Assembly (NCBI GenBank): GCA_964439955.1
Contig: CAYTPX010000001.1
Location: forward strand, 41,334 to 105,333
DNA length: 64,000 nucleotides
Direction: 5' to 3'
Source: an uncultured Bacteroidaceae bacterium
GTDB lineage: Bacteria; Bacteroidota; Bacteroidia; Bacteroidales; Bacteroidaceae
Shown here: piece by piece, positions 46,034-54,504 of the stretch
Position numbering within the stretch: position 1 is the stretch's first letter
Layout: each line of letters begins with the position of its first letter
Made by a program: the position numbers and the translations under genes
Notes under the pieces: generated by a model
The model's database searches: none
Seen by the model: only the letters and a program-made list of their open reading frames with translations
What the model was told of the DNA's origin: nothing

Positions 46034-47173
46034 ATGAAGACTTATTTAGTTACCGGAGCTGCCGGGTTCATCGGCGCGAACTACTTGAAATACATACTTG
46101 CCAAGCACAACGACATACGCGTCGTGGTACTCGATGCGCTCACCTACGCCGGAAACTTTGGCACCATCGCCCAAGACATCGACAACACGCGCTGCTTCTT
46201 CGTCAAAGGGGACATCTGCGACCGCGAACTCGCCGGGAGGCTTTTCGACGAATACCAGTTCGACTACGTGGTGAACTTCGCCGCCGAAAGCCATGTGGAC
46301 AGGAGCATCGAAAATCCCCAGCTCTTCCTCGCCACAAACATCCTCGGGACGCAAAACCTCCTCGACGCGGCACGCCGCGCATGGGTCACGGGGAAAGACG
46401 CACAGGGCTATCCCACATGGCGCCCCGGGACACGCTACCACCAAGTCTCCACCGACGAAGTCTACGGAAGCCTCGGGCGCGAAGGCTATTTCACCGAGCA
46501 GACCCCCCTCTGCCCGCATAGCCCCTACAGCGCATCGAAGGCCAGTGCCGACTTTGTCGTCATGGCCTACCACGACACCTACAAGATGCCTGTCTCCATT
46601 ACACGCTGTTCCAACAACTACGGCCCCTACCACTTCCCCGAGAAACTCATCCCGCTCATCATCAACAACATCCTCGAAGGCAAGCAACTCCCCGTCTATG
46701 GAGACGGGAGCAACGTGCGCGACTGGCTCTACGTCGAAGACCACTGCAAGGCAATCGACCTCGTCCTGCGCGAAGGGAAGGAAGGAGAAATATACAACGT
46801 AGGGGGGCACAACGAACGGACGAACATCGACATCGTGAAGCTCACCATCAGCACCATACACCGCCTCATGGAAGAAACCCCCGACTACCGGCAAGTACTC
46901 CGGAAGCGCGTGCCAGGCCCCGACGGGCAACCTGCCATTGACTGGATTGACGACAGCCTCATCACGTTTGTCGCAGACCGCCTCGGCCATGACCAACGCT
47001 ACGCCATCGACCCGGCGAAGATAAAGGAAGAACTCGGCTGGTATCCGGAAACGACTTTCGAAGTAGGTATCGTAAAGACCATACGCTGGTATCTCGAACA
47101 CCAAGATTGGGTGAAAGACGTCACCTCGGGCGACTATCAAAAATACTACGAACGCATGTACGCCAACCGGTAA
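46034..47173 (+). CDS. rfbB: dTDP-glucose 4,6-dehydratase
   Basis: 379 aa; TGAAGFIGANY, YSASKASAD (YxxxK). Confidence 0.95.
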   Translation: MKTYLVTGAAGFIGANYLKYILAKHNDIRVVVLDALTYAGNFGTIAQDIDNTRCFFVKGDICDRELAGRLFDEYQFDYVVNFAAESHVDRSIENPQLFLATNILGTQNLLDAARRAWVTGKDAQGYPTWRPGTRYHQVSTDEVYGSLGREGYFTEQTPLCPHSPYSASKASADFVVMAYHDTYKMPVSITRCSNNYGPYHFPEKLIPLIINNILEGKQLPVYGDGSNVRDWLYVEDHCKAIDLVLREGKEGEIYNVGGHNERTNIDIVKLTISTIHRLMEETPDYRQVLRKRVPGPDGQPAIDWIDDSLITFVADRLGHDQRYAIDPAKIKEELGWYPETTFEVGIVKTIRWYLEHQDWVKDVTSGDYQKYYERMYANR

Positions 47174-47235
47174 AGCGTGTGTCTCGGCGTGCCCGCCCAG
47201 AGATACCTCTTCCACCGGATATCACCCGGCATATC

Positions 47236-47287
47236 CCCCCTGCCTGTCCGACCCGACGCCACCGACAAGCAGGGGGAACTCTTTTTT
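47236..47287 (+). terminator. hairpin plus T-run after rfbB
   Basis: ccccctgc 47236-47243 / gcaggggg 47269-47276 followed by aactctttttt; large loop, so moderate confidence. Confidence 0.45.
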
Positions 47288-47402
47288 GCTTCCACTCCCG
47301 GGGGAACGCTGTTTGGACACCCTTATAAAAAAGCACAAGTGCCGAAGCGCAAGGAATCTGCAATTTGCGCCCTAAAAACTTGGCACACGGGGAAATTAAT
47401 AC

Positions 47403-47410
47403 TATCTTTG
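47403..47410 (+). promoter_or_regulatory. -7 promoter box TATCTTTG for rpsF-rpsR-rplI
   Basis: Exact TAnnTTTG 48 nt upstream of ATG 47458. Confidence 0.5.
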
Positions 47411-47457
47411 CGCCCGCAAATTCAACTACATTTCATTTTTTTACATTCACTATTATT

Positions 47458-47811
47458 ATGAACCAGTACGAAACCGTTTTCATTTTGACTCCCGTTTTGT
47501 CTGATGTCCAGATGAAGGAAGCGGTAGAGAAGTTCAAGGGCATTCTCACTGCAGAAGGCGCCGAGATCATCAACGAAGAGAGCTGGGGCCTGAAAAAACT
47601 GGCATATCCCATCCAAAAAAAGTCTACCGGGTTCTATCAACTGATAGAGTTCAAAGCCGAACCCTCCACTATCGACAAGCTGGAAATCAACTACCGGCGT
47701 GACGAGCGCGTGATTCGTTTCTTGACATTCCGCCAAGACAAATATGCAGCCGAGTACGCTGCTAAAAGAAGGAATATATTAGCCAACAAACAAGAGGAGA
47801 AGCAAGCATGA
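47458..47811 (+). CDS. rpsF: 30S ribosomal protein S6
   Basis: ORF trimmed to [16 protein letters not shown]...; 117 aa. Confidence 0.93.
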   Translation: MNQYETVFILTPVLSDVQMKEAVEKFKGILTAEGAEIINEESWGLKKLAYPIQKKSTGFYQLIEFKAEPSTIDKLEINYRRDERVIRFLTFRQDKYAAEYAAKRRNILANKQEEKQA

Positions 47812-48089
47812 CACAGAACACCCAAACCCACCAATCCGAAATACGCTACCTCACGCCTCCCACAGTAGACGTGAAGAAGAAAAAATACTGCCGGTTTAAG
47901 AAAAGCGGTATCAAGTACATCGACTACAAAGACCCCGAATTCCTGAAAAAGTTCCTCAACGAACAAGGCAAAATACTGCCCCGGCGCATTACCGGCACTT
48001 CGCTCAAGTTCCAACGCCGCGTGGCAAAGGCCGTGAAACGTGCGCGTCATTTGGCATTGCTGCCCTACGTTACCGATTTGATGAAATAA
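47808..48089 (+). CDS. rpsR: 30S ribosomal protein S18
   Basis: 93 aa; ...[39 protein letters not shown]...; ATGA overlap with the rpsF stop. Confidence 0.93.
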   Translation: MTQNTQTHQSEIRYLTPPTVDVKKKKYCRFKKSGIKYIDYKDPEFLKKFLNEQGKILPRRITGTSLKFQRRVAKAVKRARHLALLPYVTDLMK

Positions 48090-48107
48090 GACAAGGAGGA
48101 AGAAGCA

Positions 48108-48578
48108 ATGGAAGTAATACTGAAAGAAGACATAGCAAACCTCGGTTATAAGAACGATATTGTAACCGTGAAGAACGGATACGGACGCAACTACCTCATC
48201 CCTCAAGGAAAAGCCGTCATCGCTTCCCCCTCGGCCAAGAAGATGCTGGCTGAAGAACTCAGGCAACGCGCCCACAAGCTGGCCAAGATCAAGCAAGACG
48301 CGGAAGAGCTCGCAGCCAAAATCAACGGGCTGAAACTCACCATCGCCACCAAAGTTAGTTCCACGGGGACAATCTATGGTTCCGTTTCCAACATACAAGT
48401 AGCAGAGAAACTTGCTGAAAAAGGCTTTACCATTGACCGAAAGACCATCATCATCAAAGATGCAGTGAAAGAAGTCGGCACTTACACAGCTACGGTAAAG
48501 CTCCATAAGGAAGTTACTGCGGAAATTTCTTTCGAAGTGGTAGCGGAAGGAGCAGAACCTGAAAAGGCTGCGGAATAA
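48108..48578 (+). CDS. rplI: 50S ribosomal protein L9
   Basis: 156 aa; MEVILKEDIANLGYKNDIVTVKNGYGRNYLIPQGKAV. Confidence 0.93.
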   Translation: MEVILKEDIANLGYKNDIVTVKNGYGRNYLIPQGKAVIASPSAKKMLAEELRQRAHKLAKIKQDAEELAAKINGLKLTIATKVSSTGTIYGSVSNIQVAEKLAEKGFTIDRKTIIIKDAVKEVGTYTATVKLHKEVTAEISFEVVAEGAEPEKAAE

Positions 48579-48605
48579 ACCACAACCATAAACAGCCATA
48601 TGCAA

Positions 48606-48640
48606 AGGCATACCCGCTTCGGCAGGTATGCCTCTTTTTT
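48606..48640 (+). terminator. rho-independent terminator after rplI
   Basis: aggcatacc 48606-48614 / ggtatgcct 48625-48633 followed by cTTTTTT 48634-48640. Confidence 0.7.
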
Positions 48641-48834
48641 ACCCGTACCAACCTCGGAATCCACCATAAGCAAGTATAATATCCGTCCACCACTTGCGCA
48701 ATAGGCCGCCAGCTACAACCGAACAGGTTTCGGCCACCAACCTGCCCGCATGGCAGATGAGCGTTTCATTCCCATAGTCCGACCCTGTTCCCATATAAGC
48801 ACGGTTAAGGGAGAATCTGCCTATATGGGTGGAA

Positions 48835-49005
48835 ACAGAAAGCACAAAGGCTTTTCCCAAGGAACAGCAAAAGAAACAGGCAAAAGGCAAGCCCCTTCCC
48901 GGCAACAGGGCAACGGGAAAAAGGGCGGTAGCAGGCAACGACGGGAGAAACAAATGCAAAGGAGACGGAAAAACGGCAGTTTCAGGCGGAAAAAGCGGGC
49001 GGTAT
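48835..49005. repeat. degenerate, A-rich copies of the intergenic repeat
   Basis: cacaaaggcttttcccaagg ... ggcaaaaggcaagccccttcccggc ... cgggaaaaagggcgg. Confidence 0.45.
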
Positions 49006-49017
49006 CGTTTTTTTCGC

Positions 49018-49025
49018 TACTTTTG
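49018..49025 (+). promoter_or_regulatory. -7 promoter box TACTTTTG
   Basis: Exact TAnnTTTG 27 nt upstream of ATG 49052. Confidence 0.5.
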
Positions 49026-49051
49026 TTGCGCGCATCTACCCAAAACGCTTT

Positions 49052-51685
49052 ATGAAGAAACCCCTGTCCCGCCTCCTGCTGGCCACCCTCGCGCTGGCTT
49101 TGGCCGCCGCTCCCTCCCTTGCCCAGAACATGCGTGGGGCTGCCGCAAACCGTTATTTTGAAGAGGGCGCGGCCTACTACCGTGCCGGCAACTACGCCGC
49201 AGCCAAGCAGTCGCTGACACGCTTCCTCTCGCGGGGCGTGCAGTCGGAGGCCTCCGAAGAGGCACGCTACCTGCTATGCTGCTGCGGCTATGCCCTCCAG
49301 GACGCGGACCGCGTGGCACAGATGAGGCAATTCATAAGGCGTTATCCGTCGAGCCGCATGCGCCACCACGTGTCGGCACTCTTGGGCTCGACGCTCTACT
49401 ATGCGCAAGACTACGCCGGGGCGGCGGAGGCTTTCGCCTCGTGCAAATGGGACTACCTGCCCTCGTCCGAAGCAGCCCAAGACTTCCGCCTGCAACAGGG
49501 GCTCTCGCTGCTGGCACTAGGGCGGAACACGGAAGCCTTGCAGGCCTTTACCGAACTGGCGGGCGAGACGGACCGCTACGACGAAGCATGCCGCTACTAC
49601 ATGGCTACCATATATTACTTAGAAGGGAACTACCGCCCGGCATTGGGCGGCTTCTTGGAGTTGGCCGCGAACGGGGGCTACGCGTTCCGCGCAGCTTGCC
49701 GGGCGGCAGACATCTACCTGAAGACAAAGCAATACGGGCAGGCCGTGACACGCTGCCCGCAAGGGTTGCCCCCGGCCGAAGAAGCGGCGCAGACGCCCCC
49801 CGAGGAGCAACCGTTGCTGCGCGCCGAGCCGCACCGCATACGCGGCGAGGCACTCTACCATACGGGCAATTACACGGAGGCCGTGGAAGAGTTGCAAGCG
49901 TATATCGCCGAGGTGGGAGAACCGGCACGCGAAGCCCTCTACGCGTTGGGAGCTTCGTACCTCGAATGCGGCGCACCGCTGCAGGCACGGGAGACGCTTG
50001 CGCGGGTGACGGCGCAACAAGGGCACACGGACGACGCACTGGCGCAGAGCGCCTACCTGAAGCAGGGGCACGCCTTCCTCGCCTTACAGGAGCGGGACGA
50101 AGCGCAAAAGGCTTTTGCACAAGCGGCAGCCCTGCCCCACGACGCACAGGTGGCAGAGGAGGCGGAGTTCAACATCGCACTGGCCTTACACCAAGAGAAA
50201 CGCGCCAATTACTCCGACCGGGCGGCACGCTGGGAAGCATTCCTGGCGGCACACCCGGAGTCGCCCTACCGCTCCCGTGCGGCGGGCTACCTGGCCGAGC
50301 TGTACCTAGATGACTTCCCCGCCAAAGAAGCCTTGGCACGCCTCAGGAATCCGGGCCTACGGGACAGCAGCCTGCTACGGGCGCATCAAGTGGTGGCGGC
50401 GCGGATGGGCATGGCAGCCGTAGGACAAGACCCGCGGGAAGCGCTGGCCCTGTTGGACGAGTCGCTGCAAATAGGCCTCGACGAAGAGGCACGCACGCAG
50501 GCCCTCTACTGGCGCGGTGAGGCGAACTACCGCGTGGGGGGCACGCAGGAAGCGGAACAGGACTTCAAGAACTACATAGCCCTCTCGGGAGGCACCGCAG
50601 GGGGCGGATATGCACAGGCGTACTACAACCTGGGCTACTTAGCATTCAACGCGCAACGCTACGCTGAGGCCGACAGTATTTTCTCTCTTTATCTCCAAGC
50701 AGAGCCTGAGCGGGCGTTGCGCGCGGATGCTTTGTGCCGTATAGGCGATTGCCGCTACCAGCGGCGGGCGTTTGACGAAGCGGTGGCAGCATACCGCGCG
50801 GCAGCCGAGGCCGACACGGGAAAACTTCCCTATGCCCTTTACCAAGAGGCATACATCGCAGGCCTGCGCAAGGACTACGCCACAAAAATAGCACTGCTCG
50901 AGCAGCTGGCAGCGCAATACCCACAAGAACAGGGGATAATGCCCGACGCACTCTACGAGCTGGGAAGGGCGTATGTGCTGACAGGGGCAAACGACCGGGC
51001 ACTGGCCACCTATGAACAACTGGAGGCACGCTTCCCGCAGGGCGAAAAGGCACGGTTAGCAGCCACGGAGCGGAGCATGCTCCTCGCACAGGCCGGACGA
51101 ACGGACGAGGCGGCAAGGGCATACAAAGCAATAGCCGAACGATACCCGGGCACACCAGAAGCACGGCAATCGCTACAGGAACTGAAATCGTGGGCCATAG
51201 AAAACTTGAAAGTGGAGCAGTACTTGGCGTATGTGGACACGCTGCGGGGTGGACAGTATGCCGTAGCGACGGACGAACGGGAGGCGCTCCTCGAGGGCGA
51301 GCGGGTGGCCTTGGAACAAGCAGCCGAGGCGCGGCGCATAATGCTAGCAGACTCGCTCTACGAAGCCGGGGCATTGGAGGAATTACGGCAGATGGGGGCG
51401 GACTCGGCGCAAGAGAGCGGAGCCAAGGCGCACTACCTGGCCTGCCAACTGCTGCACGACCGGGGTGAAAACGGCGAGGCGGAGACAGAGACCGCAACGT
51501 TCATAGACCAAGGAAGCCGCTACGGATACTGGCTCGCACGCCACTTCCTGCTATTGGCAGAGATATGCCGGGCAGAAGGACGCACGGCAGAAGCCAAGGG
51601 ATACCTGCACGGATTGGAAGAAACGTATGCGGGCGAAGACGACATCGCGGGACGGATAAGGGAAGCGTTGCAGGCAATGGAATGA
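49052..51685 (+). CDS. secreted tetratricopeptide (TPR) repeat protein, function unknown
   Basis: 877 aa; signal peptide MKKPLSRLLLATLALALAAAPSLAQ; many A/L/Y/E-rich 34-residue TPR-like units (e.g. AAYYRAGNYAAAKQSLTRFL, ALYHTGNYTEAVEELQAYI). Confidence 0.8.
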   Translation: MKKPLSRLLLATLALALAAAPSLAQNMRGAAANRYFEEGAAYYRAGNYAAAKQSLTRFLSRGVQSEASEEARYLLCCCGYALQDADRVAQMRQFIRRYPSSRMRHHVSALLGSTLYYAQDYAGAAEAFASCKWDYLPSSEAAQDFRLQQGLSLLALGRNTEALQAFTELAGETDRYDEACRYYMATIYYLEGNYRPALGGFLELAANGGYAFRAACRAADIYLKTKQYGQAVTRCPQGLPPAEEAAQTPPEEQPLLRAEPHRIRGEALYHTGNYTEAVEELQAYIAEVGEPAREALYALGASYLECGAPLQARETLARVTAQQGHTDDALAQSAYLKQGHAFLALQERDEAQKAFAQAAALPHDAQVAEEAEFNIALALHQEKRANYSDRAARWEAFLAAHPESPYRSRAAGYLAELYLDDFPAKEALARLRNPGLRDSSLLRAHQVVAARMGMAAVGQDPREALALLDESLQIGLDEEARTQALYWRGEANYRVGGTQEAEQDFKNYIALSGGTAGGGYAQAYYNLGYLAFNAQRYAEADSIFSLYLQAEPERALRADALCRIGDCRYQRRAFDEAVAAYRAAAEADTGKLPYALYQEAYIAGLRKDYATKIALLEQLAAQYPQEQGIMPDALYELGRAYVLTGANDRALATYEQLEARFPQGEKARLAATERSMLLAQAGRTDEAARAYKAIAERYPGTPEARQSLQELKSWAIENLKVEQYLAYVDTLRGGQYAVATDEREALLEGERVALEQAAEARRIMLADSLYEAGALEELRQMGADSAQESGAKAHYLACQLLHDRGENGEAETETATFIDQGSRYGYWLARHFLLLAEICRAEGRTAEAKGYLHGLEETYAGEDDIAGRIREALQAME

Positions 51686-51737
51686 CCCCCGGCCAAAGGA
51701 GTGGAAAAAACCTGAAAAGACGTTCAAGAAACACTTT

Positions 51738-53564
51738 ATGAAGATACAGATTTTACCTATGTACTCCGCCACATTTCTTTTGGGGAGCGTGGCTTTCCCG
51801 ACTGTTTTGCAGGCACAAACGGACGAGAAAGAGCAAATCGTGACCGTAGAGAAAGAATACGACCCCGAGGTTGGGCGCGAGGAACGCATGGAAGTCCTGC
51901 CCGTGGGCGTACTGCCTTCAGGCGAACGGCAAGCCATCGAATACGGCAGCGGAGCAAGGGCGTACACCGACTCACGCTACCGACTGGGGCCGGACATCTT
52001 GCGCCTGACACAAGACGAGGCGACGCAAGGCTATGTGCTCGGTGGTATCGGCAACTACGGGCAAGTAGACTTGCGCGCAGGATACTTGTTTAATATCGGA
52101 GACCGCGACGAGCTGGGCGTGAACGCCTCCTTCGGCGGAACGAACAAGTCACGCACAGTGGAACCACTTGCAGAATACCCGGCCTACGGGTACAGCAAGT
52201 GGGACAACCATTTCTACCGCACGGAAGCGTCCATGGACTACGCGCACTATTTCGACCAGCTCACGCTGCGCGTGACAGGGGGTGTAGGGCTTGACAACTT
52301 CAGCTACTACCGCTTCATCCAGTCGCCAGCCGCAGACCCATTGGGGATTGGCTACCTCTACCCGGCTGCCACGGCAAACCAAGGACACCGCAAGTATAAT
52401 GTGGGTGCAAACCTGCGCACCAATGAAATGAGCGACCTGCCACTACGCTTCGAAGTGGGCGTGGGTTACTCCTCATTCCGCCGCAGCCACATGGCAGACG
52501 GGGAAGCGCTGACAGAACACCTCATCCATACAACGGCGGATTTCTGCGGCGATTTGGACGAAGACCAAAGCGTCGGGCTGCGGCTGGAGATGGACAACTT
52601 GCTCTATTCCCGCAAGTACGCTGGCTACACGGCATTACAGGCAAACCCCTACTACCAGCTCTTCGGGGCAGGTTTCAAGGCACGTATCGGCGCAAAGATA
52701 CACTATAACGTGGGCCGGGGGCAATTCGTGCAATTCGCGCCCGACGTAGCGACAGAATATGTGTTCTTCGGCGATTACGCGGTTTATGCGGACATCGGCG
52801 GGGGACACGTGCTGAACGACTTCCGAAGCCTCGAAGAGAAAAACCCATACTGGATGTCAGGACGGCTGAAAGACGCGCATGAACGGCTGAATGCCGCAGT
52901 AGGCATCAAAGGGAACATAGGCCCGGTGTTCTCGTTCGACGTGCGCGGAGGCTATGTCGATACGAAGAACGATGCCTGTTTCTACAACCTTTTTTCGAAC
53001 TTGACCGACGTAGCATACCTATATGTAGGCAACGCCGACACAAAACACGGGTATGCAGAAGCGAAAATCAACCTGTATATGGGACCGGTAAGCCTCTCCG
53101 CACGCGGAAAGGCATATAAATGGAAAAATGAGGAACGCGCATACCACGTAGCCAAGCCTAAGAACGAGGTGGAAGCGTCGCTGCATTTCCCTATAACAGA
53201 CCATGTACAGGTAGGCATCACTTATAGCTACATTCAACGAAACCGGGTGAACCTGACGCACTACCTGCTGCAACCGGACGGCCAAAACCTGGTAAGTTTC
53301 CAGTCGGCGCTGTACAACATGGATTGTAATTCCCTCACTCCCGACCAAATAAGCACGCTATATGCACTGGACGGTACGGTGAATACCTTATCCTACCGCA
53401 TGAGGGCGGTGAACAACCTGAGCGCAAACATCTCGTTTGCCATCACCCCGTACCTCTCCCTCTACGCGCAAACGGGCAACCTGCTGAACCGGGACTATGA
53501 GGACTTTTACTCGTACCCGACAAACGGCATCAATTTCTTGGGCGGGCTGTCGGTACGGTTCTAA
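51738..53564 (+). CDS. putative outer-membrane beta-barrel protein, function unknown
   Basis: 608 aa; signal peptide ...FPTVLQAQ; alternating aromatic/polar strands; C-terminal ...FLGGLSVRF with terminal Phe. Confidence 0.7.
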   Translation: MKIQILPMYSATFLLGSVAFPTVLQAQTDEKEQIVTVEKEYDPEVGREERMEVLPVGVLPSGERQAIEYGSGARAYTDSRYRLGPDILRLTQDEATQGYVLGGIGNYGQVDLRAGYLFNIGDRDELGVNASFGGTNKSRTVEPLAEYPAYGYSKWDNHFYRTEASMDYAHYFDQLTLRVTGGVGLDNFSYYRFIQSPAADPLGIGYLYPAATANQGHRKYNVGANLRTNEMSDLPLRFEVGVGYSSFRRSHMADGEALTEHLIHTTADFCGDLDEDQSVGLRLEMDNLLYSRKYAGYTALQANPYYQLFGAGFKARIGAKIHYNVGRGQFVQFAPDVATEYVFFGDYAVYADIGGGHVLNDFRSLEEKNPYWMSGRLKDAHERLNAAVGIKGNIGPVFSFDVRGGYVDTKNDACFYNLFSNLTDVAYLYVGNADTKHGYAEAKINLYMGPVSLSARGKAYKWKNEERAYHVAKPKNEVEASLHFPITDHVQVGITYSYIQRNRVNLTHYLLQPDGQNLVSFQSALYNMDCNSLTPDQISTLYALDGTVNTLSYRMRAVNNLSANISFAITPYLSLYAQTGNLLNRDYEDFYSYPTNGINFLGGLSVRF

Positions 53565-53630
53565 GCAGATACAAGGAATCCCGGGATTCCCCCATGCCAG
53601 CCCCGGGATTTTCTTACCCACATCCATGAG

Positions 53631-53668
53631 AAAAGGGAAGGATTCATTTTGATGAATCCTTCCCTTTT
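53631..53668. terminator. bidirectional hairpin terminator (OMP gene on + strand, tRNA-Leu on - strand)
   Basis: aaaagggaaggattcat 53631-53647 / atgaatccttccctttt 53652-53668, 17-bp perfect stem, 4-nt loop, A/T runs on both sides. Confidence 0.65.
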
Positions 53669-53676
53669 CTCGTCAG

Positions 53677-53760
53677 TGCTCGAAGCGGGACTCGAACCCG
53701 CACAGCTGCAATAGCCAAGGGATTTTAAGTCCCTCGTGTCTACCATTCCACCATTCGAGC
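53677..53760 (-). tRNA. tRNA-Leu (anticodon TAA), class II with long variable arm
   Basis: Minus strand GCTCGAA...TTCGAGC+A acceptor; anticodon arm AGGGA-CTTAAAA-TCCCT; T-loop GGTTCGAGTCC. Confidence 0.9.
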
Positions 53761-53764
53761 GTGA

Positions 53765-53882
53765 AACCCTTCCGCTTCCCGGCCGTAAGCCTACGCCTTT
53801 CCACCGAAAGGTGAAGCCGTGCGGGGAGAAAGCCTTGGCACTTTTATCCCAAAGCGCCCGCACTTTTTCCAGAAAGCGGCAG
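53765..53882. repeat. palindromic intergenic repeat cluster
   Basis: gggagaaagccttggcacttttatcccaaagcgcccgcactttttccagaaagcggcagc. Confidence 0.65.
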
Positions 53883-53979
53883 CAAAGATAGGGATATTCC
53901 ACGAGACGGCAAAACACAAAGCGCACTCCTTCGCACAGAAAAGGCACTGCAAGATAGAAAAAAGGAAAGCGGGAGAGGC

Positions 53980-54504
53980 CTAATTGGTAATGCGCAAGAT
54001 GCGATTTACACTACTATACACCGTGCTATACACTTGGAGTTGGCTGCCAGGCCCGTCCATGCAGTTGCCAAAACCTTGGGAAATGTCGTAGACAGAACCG
54101 CACTCTTCGCAAATGGCCTGCATGCCACCCTCCTGGGCGTGCACGCACGGACGGGGCGAAGCGCTGCTTCGGTAGTAGCAATAAGGGCAGGCCATGTCGT
54201 AGGCCGCGAAGGGAGTGGAAGGATCGAGCGGCAGCACGGAATGCACGACAAGCACCCCTCCCACACCGAGGTAGGCCGTAGACACGCCCCGTGCGGAAGT
54301 TATCTCAAGGAACTCGCCCAAATTCTGCAAGTGAGCATATTGCGCGTCGTCCAAGCGCAACGTGATGCTCACGGTGTAGTCCGGCAATACATCTTCCGGC
54401 TCGTCGCCCGAGCAGGCGACAAGGGAAGCGAGCAGGCACACGCCCGCCGCCACAATCCGGAAACGGCTGAGGCAACGGGACGGGGCGATGGGGCAAAACC
54501 TCAT
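53980..54504 (-). CDS. small lipoprotein with four-Cys (zinc-ribbon-like) motif, function unknown
   Basis: 174 aa; lipobox LASLVAC; CPYC...CEEC; ATGA start/stop overlap with argH. Confidence 0.65.
   Translation of the reverse strand: MRFCPIAPSRCLSRFRIVAAGVCLLASLVACSGDEPEDVLPDYTVSITLRLDDAQYAHLQNLGEFLEITSARGVSTAYLGVGGVLVVHSVLPLDPSTPFAAYDMACPYCYYRSSASPRPCVHAQEGGMQAICEECGSVYDISQGFGNCMDGPGSQLQVYSTVYSSVNRILRITN

Noticed and set aside
46046-47215. Very long antisense ORFs that mirror real genes. Examples: 46046..47215 (-) opposite rfbB, 8726..10948 (+) opposite bamA, 3363..4748 (+) opposite the DUF262-HNH gene, 2140..3363 (+) opposite ychF, 43259..44605 (+) opposite the GH3 gene, 54519..55865 (+) opposite argH, 59279..60397 (-) opposite ribD, 61317..62351 (+) opposite pckA, 167..1288 (+) opposite the rsm gene, and 5220..5783 (+) opposite the MTase.
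   Set aside because: These are typical shadow ORFs of high-GC coding DNA. Their translations are Arg/Ala/Gly/His/Val-rich with no recognisable motifs. The opposite strand in each case carries a protein with clear family signatures.
48639-49055. ORFs 48639..48959 (-) and 48750..49055 (+) in the rplI-TPR spacer as small proteins, or an ncRNA in this 470-bp gap.
   Set aside because: The peptides are K/R/G-rich low-complexity translations of degenerate repeat DNA. I could not recognise SRP, tmRNA, 6S, RNase P or riboswitch signatures by eye. An 8-bp inverted repeat (cccatata..tatatggg) alone is not enough. An Rfam scan would be the decisive test.
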